A stretch of DNA of 64,000 nucleotides from Trueperaceae bacterium. Lineage in GTDB: Bacteria; Deinococcota; Deinococci; Deinococcales; Trueperaceae. Position numbers and translations under genes: made by a program. The DNA lies in NCBI GenBank assembly GCA_035703635.1, contig DASSXV010000069.1, positions 1 through 64,000 on the forward strand. The letters are read 5' to 3'. Of the stretch, positions 19,821-30,120 are shown one piece after another. Below the pieces are notes generated by a model, which was given only the letters and a program-made list of their open reading frames with translations, ran no database searches and was not told the DNA's origin. How positions within the stretch are numbered: position 1 is the first letter of the stretch; each line of letters begins with the position of its first letter.

Positions 19821-21614
19821 GTGAAGCGCGGCGACCTGCCCGTACTCCCCACCTCAAGTGGCTGTTATCTCTTCCACGGCGAAGACGGGGCCGTCTTGTA
19901 CGTCGGCAAGGCCGTGAACTTGCGCAGCCGCGTCGGCAGTTACTTCGGGCGCCAGGCTGGGCAGAAGGCGCGCCTGCTAACGCACACGGCGCGGAGCCTC
20001 GAGTTCATCGTCACGACCGACGAGGTCGAGGCGCTCATCCTCGAATCGAACCTCATCAAGCGTCACCAGCCGCACTTCAACGTGCTGCTCAAGGACGACA
20101 AGAGCTACCCGTTCCTGAAGTTGACGAACGAGGAGTACCCAACCCTCATCTTCACGCGACGGGTGGTCAAGGACGGCGGGACTTACTACGGGCCGTACCC
20201 CAGCGCGAGTTCCGTCCGCCAGGTCCTCGACCTCGTTTACAGCGTGTTCAAACTCCGCAAGAACAGCGGCGTGCCGATGGAGACGCGCAAGAAGCCGTGC
20301 CTGCGCTACCACATGGGCCGCTGCTTCGCGCCGTGCGTTGGGTGGGCCGACCCCGTGGGGTACGCGGAGGTGGTAGCAGACGTCAAGGCGTTCCTCGAGG
20401 GACGCATCTCCGAGATCGTGGAGCGCCTCGAGGAGCAGATGAGGGGCGCGGCAGAGCGCCGTGACTTCGAGCTCGCCGCCACCTACCGCGACCGCCTAGA
20501 CGCGCTCAAGCGCCTCACCGGCTACGACAGTAGCGTCGTCATGACGGGCACGGACGACCTCGACTTCCTCGGCGTTGCGAAGGCGGGGAACACCGCCATG
20601 GTGCAGCTCTTCCAGATGCGCAACGGGCGGGTGATCGGGCGCGACAAGCGCGTCATGAAGAACGCGGAGAGCGCGACCGACGGCGAGATCTTGGAGCGGT
20701 TCATGGGCGACTACTACGGCCTTGCAACCCAACTCCCTCCGCGCGTGCTGCTGCCAGCGAGCGACCTCGACATCGAAGTGTGGCAGCGCTTCCTAAGCGC
20801 CCGCGCCAAGCGCAAGGTCGAGGTGCGGGTGCCGCAGCGCGGTGACAAGGTCGAGCTCATCGAGTTGGCGCAACGCAACGCCGTCACCGGGGTCGAGGCC
20901 GAGATCGCCCTCCTCGAGCGCCGCGGCGAGGCGCCGGGCGTCGGCGAGTTGCAGCGCCTCCTCGAGCTAGAGAACCCGCCGTGGCGCATCGAGGGCTACG
21001 ACATCTCCAACCTCATGGGCACCCACACGGTGGCGAGCATCGTGGCGTTCGAGGGCGGGCGCTCGAAGAAGAGCGATTACCGCCGCGTGCGCATCAGGGA
21101 CCTCGAGAAGGCGGACGACTTCTTCAGCATGCACCAGGTCGTCTACCGCCGCTTCACTGGCGCCCTCGCCGACAAGCTCCCGCCGCCCGACCTCCTGCTC
21201 ATCGACGGGGGCAAGGGGCAGATCAGCGCAGCCAAGCGGGCGCTGGAGGAGGCAGGCGTGAAGGTGCCGCTAGTTGGCCTCGCGAAGAAGCAGGAGACGC
21301 TCATCACCGAGAACGGCGAGGAAGTACTGGTGCCCATCAGCCACCCCGCCCTCAGGTTGCTCATGCACGTGAGGGACGAAGCGCACCGCACAGCCGTCGG
21401 TTACAACAGGCAGCGGCGCGGCAAGTCAGCCACGCGGTCGCTGCTTGACGACGTGCCTGGCATAGGGCCGAAGCGCCGCGATGCGTTGCTGGCGCATTTC
21501 TCGAGCTTGGAGGAGTTGCGCGGCGCCGACCTCGCTACCTTGGCGGCCGTGCCAGGCGTTGGTCAGGCGGCGGCGCAGGCGGTCAAGAACTACTTCGAGG
21601 GAAGCAGCGAGTGA
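19821..21614 (+). CDS. uvrC: excinuclease ABC subunit C
   Basis: GIY-YIG YVGKAVNLRSRV, UVR domain, IEGYDIS, IDGGKGQ, RDEAHR, C-terminal HhH. Confidence 0.97.
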   Translation: MKRGDLPVLPTSSGCYLFHGEDGAVLYVGKAVNLRSRVGSYFGRQAGQKARLLTHTARSLEFIVTTDEVEALILESNLIKRHQPHFNVLLKDDKSYPFLKLTNEEYPTLIFTRRVVKDGGTYYGPYPSASSVRQVLDLVYSVFKLRKNSGVPMETRKKPCLRYHMGRCFAPCVGWADPVGYAEVVADVKAFLEGRISEIVERLEEQMRGAAERRDFELAATYRDRLDALKRLTGYDSSVVMTGTDDLDFLGVAKAGNTAMVQLFQMRNGRVIGRDKRVMKNAESATDGEILERFMGDYYGLATQLPPRVLLPASDLDIEVWQRFLSARAKRKVEVRVPQRGDKVELIELAQRNAVTGVEAEIALLERRGEAPGVGELQRLLELENPPWRIEGYDISNLMGTHTVASIVAFEGGRSKKSDYRRVRIRDLEKADDFFSMHQVVYRRFTGALADKLPPPDLLLIDGGKGQISAAKRALEEAGVKVPLVGLAKKQETLITENGEEVLVPISHPALRLLMHVRDEAHRTAVGYNRQRRGKSATRSLLDDVPGIGPKRRDALLAHFSSLEELRGADLATLAAVPGVGQAAAQAVKNYFEGSSE

Positions 21615-21617
21615 GCT

Positions 21618-22175
21618 TCAGCTCGGCGTCGACTTGGAGCCGCCGACCACGCGCGGCCCATCGGGGAGCCATTCCGCGAGCGGGAGTTCCATGCGGATGT
21701 CAACGCGCCCGGTGGCGTCTACGCGGCGGTCGACCTCGTGGAAGCCGACTTTCTTGAAGGCGCGCTGCGCCCGCACGTTGTCGCCGAAGGTGTTCAGGCG
21801 CATGAGGCGCAAACCCAGCACCTGAAAAGCGTAACCAAGGAGGGCGTGCATGGCCTCCGGACCGTAGCCGCCAGCCCAATGCGTGCGCTCGCCGATGATG
21901 ATGCCGAGCGTCCCCTGATCGCCACTGATGTCGTACAACTCCGTGGTGCCGATGTAGTCGTCGCGTTCGTCGTAGATGCCGAACGTTGCGCGGTCGTGAC
22001 GCTTAGAGTCGGTCTTGAGCAGGCGCTTGAGCAGCCATAGGGGCATGCGGTTCGGCGGGGTGCCGTTGAGGTACGCAATTTCAGGGTCGCGGAAGTGGCT
22101 CTGCAGCCGGCGCCAGTCGGCGTCCGAGAACTCCTCCAGCGGCCTTAGGGTCACACGCCCATAAGCCGGTCTCAT
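21618..22175 (-). CDS. GNAT (RimJ/RimL-like) N-acetyltransferase
   Basis: LRPL N-terminus, HWAGGYGPEA, N.RA..AFKKVGF. Confidence 0.85.
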   Translation of the reverse strand: MRPAYGRVTLRPLEEFSDADWRRLQSHFRDPEIAYLNGTPPNRMPLWLLKRLLKTDSKRHDRATFGIYDERDDYIGTTELYDISGDQGTLGIIIGERTHWAGGYGPEAMHALLGYAFQVLGLRLMRLNTFGDNVRAQRAFKKVGFHEVDRRVDATGRVDIRMELPLAEWLPDGPRVVGGSKSTPS

Positions 22176-22319
22176 ACGCGCAACAGTGTACCTATTAGCC
22201 TAGGCTGTGACGGCAATCGCCTAGTCACGGGGCGGTCTGGTGAACGGCGCGGCTATACTCCGGTCACTCAAGCACAGCCGGGGCGGCGCGCGGCGGCGCC
22301 CGGCACCACCGAGGTAGGC

Positions 22320-23288
22320 ATGTCAGATCACCCGACCACCAACAGACTTACGGGCGAGGATTTCGCCACAGACTTCCGCAACCTGGTCACGGCCATCTCC
22401 TCGGTCATCGTCGGGCAGGAACGCGTGGTCGAGGACTTGCTCGTCGCTGCCTTCGCCCGCGGCCACGTGCTCCTCGAGGGTGTCCCGGGCCTCGGCAAGA
22501 CCAAGCTAGTGCACACTTTCGCCGACGCCTGCGCCCTAGCCTTCTCGCGCATCCAGTTCACGCCTGACCTCATGCCTGCGGACGTCACGGGCACCAACGT
22601 GTTCATCGAGGCGCAGCAGAGCCGCTTCGAGTTCCAGCCGGGCCCTGTCTTCACGAACGTCCTGCTAGCAGACGAGATCAACCGCGCCACCCCCAAAACG
22701 CAATCCGCGCTCCTCGAGGCCATGCAGGAGCGTGCCGTCACCGTCGCTGGCAAGCGTTACGCGCTCGAGGAGCCGTTCATAGTCCTCGCCACCCAGAACC
22801 CGCTCGAGATGGAGGGCACGTACCCACTCCCTGAAGCGCAACTGGACCGCTTCCTCTTCAAGGTCGTCACTGAGAGGCCAGACGCCGCCACCCTCCAGCG
22901 CATCCTGCTGATAACGACCGGCAGTTCTGAGCAGGTGGTCAAGCCGGTGATCACGCGCGAGAGGCTCCTCGCACTGCAGGCCATGCTGCGCGCCGTGCCC
23001 ATCGCGGAGCCTGGGCTCGACTACGTCGTGCGCCTCGTAGAGGCAACGCACGCCAACCCGCTAGTGCGTTTGGGTGCAAGCCCGCGCGGGGCTCAAGCCA
23101 TCACCTTGGCCGCCAAGGGCTACGCCCTCGCCGCGGGCCGCCCTAACGTGGAGTTCGCCGACCTGCGCCGCGCCGTGCTGCCTGCGCTGCGCCACCGGCT
23201 GCTCCTCAGCTTCGAGGCCGAGGTCGAGGGAGTCGCGGCCGACGCCGTTCTGCACGACATCATCGCGCAGGTCGACAAGGGGGGCTGA
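22320..23288 (+). CDS. moxR: MoxR-family AAA+ ATPase
   Basis: LEGVPGLGKT, RIQFTPDLMPAD, DEINRA, ATQNP, EGTYPLPEAQLDRF. Confidence 0.95.
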   Translation: MSDHPTTNRLTGEDFATDFRNLVTAISSVIVGQERVVEDLLVAAFARGHVLLEGVPGLGKTKLVHTFADACALAFSRIQFTPDLMPADVTGTNVFIEAQQSRFEFQPGPVFTNVLLADEINRATPKTQSALLEAMQERAVTVAGKRYALEEPFIVLATQNPLEMEGTYPLPEAQLDRFLFKVVTERPDAATLQRILLITTGSSEQVVKPVITRERLLALQAMLRAVPIAEPGLDYVVRLVEATHANPLVRLGASPRGAQAITLAAKGYALAAGRPNVEFADLRRAVLPALRHRLLLSFEAEVEGVAADAVLHDIIAQVDKGG

Positions 23289-23291
23289 CCC

Positions 23292-24158
23292 GTGCTGGCG
23301 GGCCGCACAAGGGCGCTCCTCGAGCGCTACACGTTGGCCTCGCGCGCCCTCTCCCGCGTTGGGGGTGAGCGCAGCGCCGTAGAGCCGGGTCAAAGCGTCG
23401 AGTTCCACGACTTCCGGCCGTACCAACCAGGTGACGAGCTCCGCTACGTCGACTGGCGCGTCTACGCTCGCACCGGGCGCCTCTACACGCGGCTCTATCA
23501 AGCCGAACGAGCGGTGCAACTGCACCTCGTGCTTGACACCTCCGGCAGCATGGGCCAGGGCGGCAAACTCCCTTACGCACGCACCCTCGTCCGCCTCCTC
23601 TCGTACGTCGCTCAGCGCGACGCGCCAACGCAACTTCACCTACTCGACGGCAGCGCCACCCCGCGCGCCCGCGGGCGCGCGGGCATGCTCGATACGTGGC
23701 GCTTCATAGACTCCGCCCCGCTCATAGCGGGCAGCGAACCTGGGCCGCTAACGGGCCTCATGCGTTTCGCCACTGGCCTGCCGACGGTGAGCGGCCGCGC
23801 GCTCGTACTCGTGGTATCCGACCTGTTGGAAGACACGCCGATCGAACCGAGCCTCGTGGCCCTGCGGGCGCGCGGGCTGGACGTCGGGTTCCTGCAGCTC
23901 GTTTCCAACGCCGAGCTAGACCCGCCAAGCGGCCGCCACGAACTGCACGACGTCGAGACAGGCGAGCGCCTACCGGTCGGCCCCGAACAAGTGCGCGCTT
24001 ACCGCGAGGAAGTGCGCCTACACCTCAAGCGCACGCGCGCGGCCATCTTGCGGGCCGGCTTCCGGCACCAACTACTAGTAGTGCCTGGGGCAGGTGAAGA
24101 AGACGAAAGGCAAGCGTTCGCCGCGCTGGTGCGGCTAGGACTGCTCGTCAAACGTTGA
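23292..24158 (+). CDS. DUF58 domain protein (vWA-like)
   Basis: EFHDFRPYQPGDELRYVDW..YAR, DTSGSM, VSDL; follows MoxR. Confidence 0.9.
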   Translation: MLAGRTRALLERYTLASRALSRVGGERSAVEPGQSVEFHDFRPYQPGDELRYVDWRVYARTGRLYTRLYQAERAVQLHLVLDTSGSMGQGGKLPYARTLVRLLSYVAQRDAPTQLHLLDGSATPRARGRAGMLDTWRFIDSAPLIAGSEPGPLTGLMRFATGLPTVSGRALVLVVSDLLEDTPIEPSLVALRARGLDVGFLQLVSNAELDPPSGRHELHDVETGERLPVGPEQVRAYREEVRLHLKRTRAAILRAGFRHQLLVVPGAGEEDERQAFAALVRLGLLVKR

Positions 24159-24219
24159 CGGCTCCAACTGCCAGCCTAGAGGCCACTCGCCCGCGCGCTC
24201 TGGACCGTATGATGCCCCC

Positions 24220-26406
24220 GTGACTGATCGCTTGGCACTTGTCGTGCTGGTAGCGCTTACTGCGCTGGCAGTGTTCTTCGCGCCATGGGCAGCTGTTAAC
24301 CGCGAGACCGGCGCCCGCAGCGCCGTCGTCCTGCTGCAGGGCACAACCATCGACTTCACTGGCCGCACCCAACCCGTCGAACTGCCACAGCAGAAGACCG
24401 TTTTCGTGCTGACCCTCGCCTTACTGGCTGGCCTCGCTGCAGGCAGCGCCCTGCCGGTCAAGGCACGGCGCGTGACCTGGCTCGTGGCCGGCGTGGGCCT
24501 GATCCTCGTGACGAGTTGGGGGCTAGGGCGCTTCACCACCGCCGTGGACGGCACACGTTTCCAGGCGTTCGTCACGGAGCTACAGGGCGCCATAGCCAAA
24601 CCGCGCCCCGCTTACGACGTCGAGAAGCTGGAGGCCGCGCTTGCCACCGTCGACGAGCGCGACCTCGCCGCCAACGTCGCGCTAGTCGACGACGCAGGGC
24701 TAGTGATAAGACGCCTGCCATACACGAACGCAGGCTTCGGGCCGAGCGCGTTCCTCGCGATCGTCACTGGTGTCTTCGCCTTGATCTTCGGCCTGCGCGC
24801 AGTGCGCGGGGCGCCGCGAGTCATCGACAGGCTGCTGCACGCTGCCGCGGTGCCCGCCACGGCTATCTTGCTTGCCCTATTGACCGCCGCCATCGTCATA
24901 CTCGTGTTGCAGCCAACGCCGATGGGGGCGACCGCGCAAGTCAGCGGGCTGTTCGACGCCTTTGTTGGGCGCATAGACACCCTCTGGTACGCGTACTACT
25001 CCATGTTCCACGACTCGCTCGGGACCGTGAACGGCTTCGCAGAGTCACTCAAGTTCGCTACGCCGCTCATCTTCACGGGGTTGGCGGTAGCGTTCGGCTT
25101 CCAGTCAGGGCTCTTCAACATCGGCGCGCCAGGCCAGATGGTCATGGGTGCCATCTTCTCCATGTTCGCGGGGCTGTACATCCCTGGCCCGAAGGTCGTC
25201 GTTCTGCCGCTGGCGATCCTCGCGGCGGCGTTAGGCGGCGGCCTGTGGGGTGCGCTGCCTGGCTGGCTGAAGGCACGCTTCGGCGCCAACGAGGTCATCA
25301 ACACCATCCTCCTCAACTTCGTGGCAGCCTCTGCGCTGCTGTTCATCTTGTCTGCAGGCAACGTCTTCGCCGCCGCGGCGCTGCGGATCACGGCCGTCGT
25401 CGGCGTCTTCGTGGTCGTCGTCATCGTGGCGCTGCTCATCCCGCCGATCCGTGCTGTTGCCGGGAAGGGACCGCGGGTGGCCTTCGCCATCGCGGCCGTC
25501 GTGCTCCTCGCCGGCTCCGTCGTGGCTGGCCTACCCCGGCCAGGCGACCGCCCCATCACCGTCCAGATGCCGTTCAAGGTCAGCGGCAACGAGCCAAAGT
25601 CCAAACCGCTCAATGCGAGCGCCACCATCCCGCAACTGCCGGCCGTGCTCGGCATCAAGAAAGGTGGCGTGAACGTCGTCGCCATCAATTACGCCGCCGT
25701 GCTCGCCGTCGTGGCCGCGCTCGTCGCCCTCTTCCTACTGCCGCGCTTCAGGCGCTTCAGGGCGTGGCCGCTGCGCATAGGTGGGACGCTCGTCGTCGGC
25801 GGCGCGGTCTACGGCGTAGGTGCGCTCCTCGGCTGGTCAGGCCTCGCGACGGCCATCCCGCCAACGAAACTCAACCTCTCGTTCGTGCTCGCCATCGTCA
25901 TGGCCGTGTTCGTGCATGTCTTCCTCTTCAAGACGCGCTGGGGTTACGAGCTCCGCGCCGTTGGCTTCGCGCCGCGCGCGGCCGAGTACGGCGGCGCGCG
26001 CATAGCGCGCAACACGATCCTCGCCATGACCATCAGCGGCGCCCTCGCCGGCCTGACCGCCACCCACTACGTGCTTGGCGGGGCGCTCGAGGACTACGCC
26101 CTGCGGCAGTCCATCCCCACCAGTGACGGCTTCGACGGCATTGCCGTAGCGCTCCTCGGCGCCAACCAGCCCGCCTTCATCGTGGCTGCGGCCTTCCTCT
26201 TCGGGGTGCTCAAGTACGGCGGCTCGGTTCTCAACATCACGTTCCCGAACCTCACGCGCGACGTCGTCAGCATGATCCTGGCGCTGGTCGTGCTCTTCAT
26301 CGCCGCCAAGGGCTTCCTGCCTGCGCGTCTCATCAATCCAACGAGCTGGCGTGAGCGCCACGACGGCCCGGTGGCCGGTCCCGCCCCGGCGCCAGAGGAG
26401 GGCTGA
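24220..26406 (+). CDS. nucleoside/sugar ABC transporter permease, unusually long
   Basis: PLIFTGLAVAFGFQSGLFNIGAPGQ, NEVINTILLN, GYELRAVG, GFDGIAVALLG; TATGAT 6 nt before GTG. Confidence 0.88.
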   Translation: MTDRLALVVLVALTALAVFFAPWAAVNRETGARSAVVLLQGTTIDFTGRTQPVELPQQKTVFVLTLALLAGLAAGSALPVKARRVTWLVAGVGLILVTSWGLGRFTTAVDGTRFQAFVTELQGAIAKPRPAYDVEKLEAALATVDERDLAANVALVDDAGLVIRRLPYTNAGFGPSAFLAIVTGVFALIFGLRAVRGAPRVIDRLLHAAAVPATAILLALLTAAIVILVLQPTPMGATAQVSGLFDAFVGRIDTLWYAYYSMFHDSLGTVNGFAESLKFATPLIFTGLAVAFGFQSGLFNIGAPGQMVMGAIFSMFAGLYIPGPKVVVLPLAILAAALGGGLWGALPGWLKARFGANEVINTILLNFVAASALLFILSAGNVFAAAALRITAVVGVFVVVVIVALLIPPIRAVAGKGPRVAFAIAAVVLLAGSVVAGLPRPGDRPITVQMPFKVSGNEPKSKPLNASATIPQLPAVLGIKKGGVNVVAINYAAVLAVVAALVALFLLPRFRRFRAWPLRIGGTLVVGGAVYGVGALLGWSGLATAIPPTKLNLSFVLAIVMAVFVHVFLFKTRWGYELRAVGFAPRAAEYGGARIARNTILAMTISGALAGLTATHYVLGGALEDYALRQSIPTSDGFDGIAVALLGANQPAFIVAAAFLFGVLKYGGSVLNITFPNLTRDVVSMILALVVLFIAAKGFLPARLINPTSWRERHDGPVAGPAPAPEEG

Positions 26407-26407
26407 C

Positions 26408-27346
26408 GTGGACACCGTACTGCTCCTCGCGCTCGCGTCTTCGATGATCCGCGCCACCACGCCGCTCCTACTAGCCGCCCTCGGCGGCCTCATGAGCGAG
26501 CGTTCCGGCATCGTGAACATCGCGCTCGAGGGCATCATTCTCTTCGGCGCCCTCGCAGCCGCCGTCGTGGCTCAACTGATCGAGGCGCCGTACTTGCGAG
26601 CGGACCCGAACGCCCGTGTGTGGTTCGCACCGTGGCTCGGCCTGCTGGCCGCCATGGTGTTGGGCGCACTCGTGGCCGGCGTGCACGCGCTAGTCTCGAT
26701 CAGGTACAAGGCCGACCAGATCATCTCCGGAACCGCCATCAACCTCATGGGCATCGGCATCCCCGCGGTCGTCCTCGCCGGCCTCTACCAGAACACCGCC
26801 ACTTCCGAGCCGATCAAGACGCGCTTGCCAGAGATCTCCTTCTTCGGCGTTCCGGGCATGAGCTTCAGCGTCCTCGTCTACATCGCGTTCCTCCTCGTGC
26901 CCGTCGTGTGGTTCGTGGTCTTCCGCACGCCCTTCGGTCTGCGCCTGCGCGCCGTCGGCGAGCACCCGGAGGCCGCGGACTCGCTCGGCATCAGCGTGAC
27001 CCGCATGCGCTACGTCGGCGTCATGCTGTCTGGCGTACTAGCTGGCCTTGGTGGTGCTTACCTCTCGATCGGCAACCTCAACCAGTTCATCAGCGAGATG
27101 TCGGGCGGGCGCGGCTTCATCGCGCTGGCCGCCCTCATCTTCGGGAAGTGGCACCCGCTTGGCGTGCTCGGGGCTACGCTGCTCTTCGGCGCCTTCCAAG
27201 CGACAGAAGTCCTCCTGGGTGGCGGCAAGCTCCTCCCGCCGACGCTCGTGCAGAGCCTGCCTTACATCCTCACGATGCTGGTGCTGGCAGGCTTCGTCGG
27301 CCGCTCCGTTGCACCGAAAGGCCTGGGTAAGGCGTGGAACGAGTGA
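26408..27346 (+). CDS. nucleoside/sugar ABC transporter permease 2
   Basis: SERSGIVNIALEG, GLRLRAVGEHP.AA, GRGFIALAALIFGKW; GAGGAG before GTG 26408. Confidence 0.9.
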   Translation: MDTVLLLALASSMIRATTPLLLAALGGLMSERSGIVNIALEGIILFGALAAAVVAQLIEAPYLRADPNARVWFAPWLGLLAAMVLGALVAGVHALVSIRYKADQIISGTAINLMGIGIPAVVLAGLYQNTATSEPIKTRLPEISFFGVPGMSFSVLVYIAFLLVPVVWFVVFRTPFGLRLRAVGEHPEAADSLGISVTRMRYVGVMLSGVLAGLGGAYLSIGNLNQFISEMSGGRGFIALAALIFGKWHPLGVLGATLLFGAFQATEVLLGGGKLLPPTLVQSLPYILTMLVLAGFVGRSVAPKGLGKAWNE

Positions 27347-28884
27347 ACCAGGCCGAGCGCCGGGCCGGCCTGCTGCTGCATCCGACCTCGCTGCCGGGGC
27401 CGCACGGCATGGGCGACCTTGGGCGCGAGGCGTATGCCTGGGTCGACTTCCTCGAGGCCGCAGGCCAACGCGTCTGGCAGGTCATGCCACTCGGCCCAAC
27501 GGGTTACGGCGACAGCCCGTACCAGTGCTTCAGCGCCTTCGCAGGCAACCACTTCCTCATCGACTTGCTCGCGTTGAGCACCGCCGACCTGTTGACCGCA
27601 GAGGAACTAGCGCCCCTGCGCGCCCTGCCGCGTGACCGGGTGGATTTCGGTGCCTTCATCCCGGTGAAGCTGGAGCTCCTTGGCGCGGCGGCGCGGCGCT
27701 TCGACGCCACAGCCACCGCGCCACAGCGCGCCGCAGTAGCCGAGTTCGAGGCCAAGCACGCGGCGTGGCTACCAGACCACGCGCTCTTCATGGCCCTCAA
27801 AGAAGAGAACGGCGGGGCAGCCTGGACGGAGTGGGCGCCGGAGCTCCGCGACCGCGACGCCAGCGCCCTGGCGCGCGCACGCGAGCGCCTCGCGCCCGCG
27901 GTGGCGAAGCACGTCCTGTGGCAGTACTGGTTCTATACCCAATGGGGCGAGCTGCGCACATACGCCAACAGCCGCGACATCGTCATCCTTGGTGACGTGC
28001 CGATCTTCGTCGCGCTCGACTCGACAGACGCATGGTCGCACCCTGAGCAGTACTTCCTCGGGCCGGACGGTAATCCGATCGTCGTGGCTGGCGTGCCGCC
28101 AGACTACTTCTCCGCCACCGGCCAGCGCTGGGGTAACCCCCTCTACCGCTGGGACGTCATGGCGCAAGACGGGTACGCCTGGTGGGTGGCGCGCGTGCGT
28201 GCGGCGCTCGAGCTCGTCGACCGCGTGCGCGTCGATCACTTCAGGGCGTTCGCCGGCTACTGGGAGATCCCGGCAGCAGAGGTGACCGCCGTCAACGGCC
28301 GCTGGGCGCCAGGCCCTGGTCAAGCGCTGTTCGACGCGCTCAAGGCCGGACTGGGCGACTTGCCGTTGGTGGCGGAGGATCTAGGCGTCATCACCCCGGA
28401 CGTCGACGCGCTGCGGCTCGCCAACGGCCTGCCTGGCATGAAGGTCCTGCAGTTCGCCTTCGCTGGCGACGCCGACGACCCCTACTTGCCGCACAACTAC
28501 GAAGCTAACTGCGTTGTCTACACGGGCACGCACGACAACGACACGAGCGCAGGTTGGTACGAGGCCGCCAGCGAAGCCGAGCGGGACCTGGTGCGGCGCT
28601 ACTTGGCGAAAGGCGACGAGAACATCGCCTGGGAGCTCGTGCGCTTAGCGCTGGCGTCCGTCGCCGCGACCGCCATCGCGCCCATGCAGGATGCGTTGGG
28701 GTTGAGTAGCGCAGCGCGCATGAACACCCCAGGCACGGCGGCCGGCAACTGGAGTTGGCGTTTCGAGTGGACCGACGTGCCCTACTGGCTGGCGCCGCAA
28801 CTCCGGGAGCTGGCCGAGCTTTATGGCCGAGTGCCAGGCGGTGGCGGCGCCGATACCCCTTACCGTCAATCCGTTACCGACTAG
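27343..28884 (+). CDS. malQ: 4-alpha-glucanotransferase (amylomaltase, GH77)
   Basis: LLHPTSLPG, GVPPDYFS, GQRWGNP, RVDHFR, AEDLG, YTGTHDNDT; GTGA overlap with permease 2. Confidence 0.96.
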   Translation: MNQAERRAGLLLHPTSLPGPHGMGDLGREAYAWVDFLEAAGQRVWQVMPLGPTGYGDSPYQCFSAFAGNHFLIDLLALSTADLLTAEELAPLRALPRDRVDFGAFIPVKLELLGAAARRFDATATAPQRAAVAEFEAKHAAWLPDHALFMALKEENGGAAWTEWAPELRDRDASALARARERLAPAVAKHVLWQYWFYTQWGELRTYANSRDIVILGDVPIFVALDSTDAWSHPEQYFLGPDGNPIVVAGVPPDYFSATGQRWGNPLYRWDVMAQDGYAWWVARVRAALELVDRVRVDHFRAFAGYWEIPAAEVTAVNGRWAPGPGQALFDALKAGLGDLPLVAEDLGVITPDVDALRLANGLPGMKVLQFAFAGDADDPYLPHNYEANCVVYTGTHDNDTSAGWYEAASEAERDLVRRYLAKGDENIAWELVRLALASVAATAIAPMQDALGLSSAARMNTPGTAAGNWSWRFEWTDVPYWLAPQLRELAELYGRVPGGGGADTPYRQSVTD

Positions 28885-28893
28885 CCAACGACC

Positions 28894-30120
28894 TCAATTG
28901 CGGAAGATGACCGACTCGCGTTTGAAATTCGCAAGCGCGAAGCGCAGCAGCAGCAGGCAAGCTACCGCCATGACCGCCCACGTGATCAAGACCTCGTCGC
29001 CGGTGAACGTGCCCCTCACGACGTTGTCCATGAGAACTAGGACGTTGAAGACGGGCACGTAGTAGACGGCGTCAGAGAGGCCGATGAGGTCCTTGAACTG
29101 CAGCGCCACCGCGGGGAGCACGAACACGAACGATAGCGGCGCGATGTAACTCTGCGCTTCCTTGAACGAGCGCGCGAACATCCCGACCCCAAGGAGCAAG
29201 GCGGAGACGAACCCGGCGAGCAGGAGGGCGCTGACGAGCAGCAGCAAGATGGCGACGAAGCTCACGGAGAGGCCGCCACCCATGACGCCGACGATGGCCT
29301 CCGCCTGCTCGCCGAGCCGCGGAACGAAGACGTTCTGCATGACTAGACTGCCGACGAGGAAGCCGATGATGGCCATGCTGGCGGCGCTTAGTCCGAAGAG
29401 CATGGTGGCGATGAACTTGCCCGCCACCACCTCGGCGCGGCGCACGGGGGCCACGAGCAGGACCTCGAGCGTGCCGCGCTCCTTCTCGCCCGCCGTGGCG
29501 TCGACGGCGGTCATCTGACCGCCGGTCAGGGTCCAGATGGCGATGAAGAACGGGATCAGCCACGAGAGCTGGCCGCTGGTGCGCTCGGCTTGGCTGCTGG
29601 CGTCCACGGTCGTGATGGTCACGGGGGTGAGCACAGCTGCGTTCAACCCGGCGGCCTCGAGGCGCTGGCCGACGACCCCGCGCTGATAACTGGAGACTGC
29701 TTGCTGCACCTTCGAAGCGCTTAGCTCGCTCTTCATGTTGCCGACCTTGGTGACGAGCTCGATGGCGGCGTTGCTGCCGGCCGCGATGGCGGACCCGAAG
29801 CCATCAGGCACTACGATCGCCACCTCGACCGTACCGTCCTGCACGGCCTTGGTGGCGTCCGTCACGCTTCGCAGGTCGAGGTTGGCCGCGGTGAACGCGG
29901 CCTGCAGGTCCGCTGGCATGTTGGTGAGGCCGACTGCGCCGACGGCCGTTGTCGTCACCTGCTCGCGCTCGAGCAGCCCGCCGAGGAGCAGCGGGAGGCC
30001 AAGCATCATCACCGGCACCAAGAGGAGCGGGATGAGCAGGTTCGAGATGATGGCGCGCGTGTCACGCAACGTCGAGACGATCTCTTTGCGCGCGAGGCGC
30101 GCGACTATGCCTGGCCTCAC
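28894..30120 (-). CDS. ABC-2 exporter permease, NatB-like
   Basis: [30 protein letters not shown]. Confidence 0.88.
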   Translation of the reverse strand: MRPGIVARLARKEIVSTLRDTRAIISNLLIPLLLVPVMMLGLPLLLGGLLEREQVTTTAVGAVGLTNMPADLQAAFTAANLDLRSVTDATKAVQDGTVEVAIVVPDGFGSAIAAGSNAAIELVTKVGNMKSELSASKVQQAVSSYQRGVVGQRLEAAGLNAAVLTPVTITTVDASSQAERTSGQLSWLIPFFIAIWTLTGGQMTAVDATAGEKERGTLEVLLVAPVRRAEVVAGKFIATMLFGLSAASMAIIGFLVGSLVMQNVFVPRLGEQAEAIVGVMGGGLSVSFVAILLLLVSALLLAGFVSALLLGVGMFARSFKEAQSYIAPLSFVFVLPAVALQFKDLIGLSDAVYYVPVFNVLVLMDNVVRGTFTGDEVLITWAVMAVACLLLLRFALANFKRESVIFRN

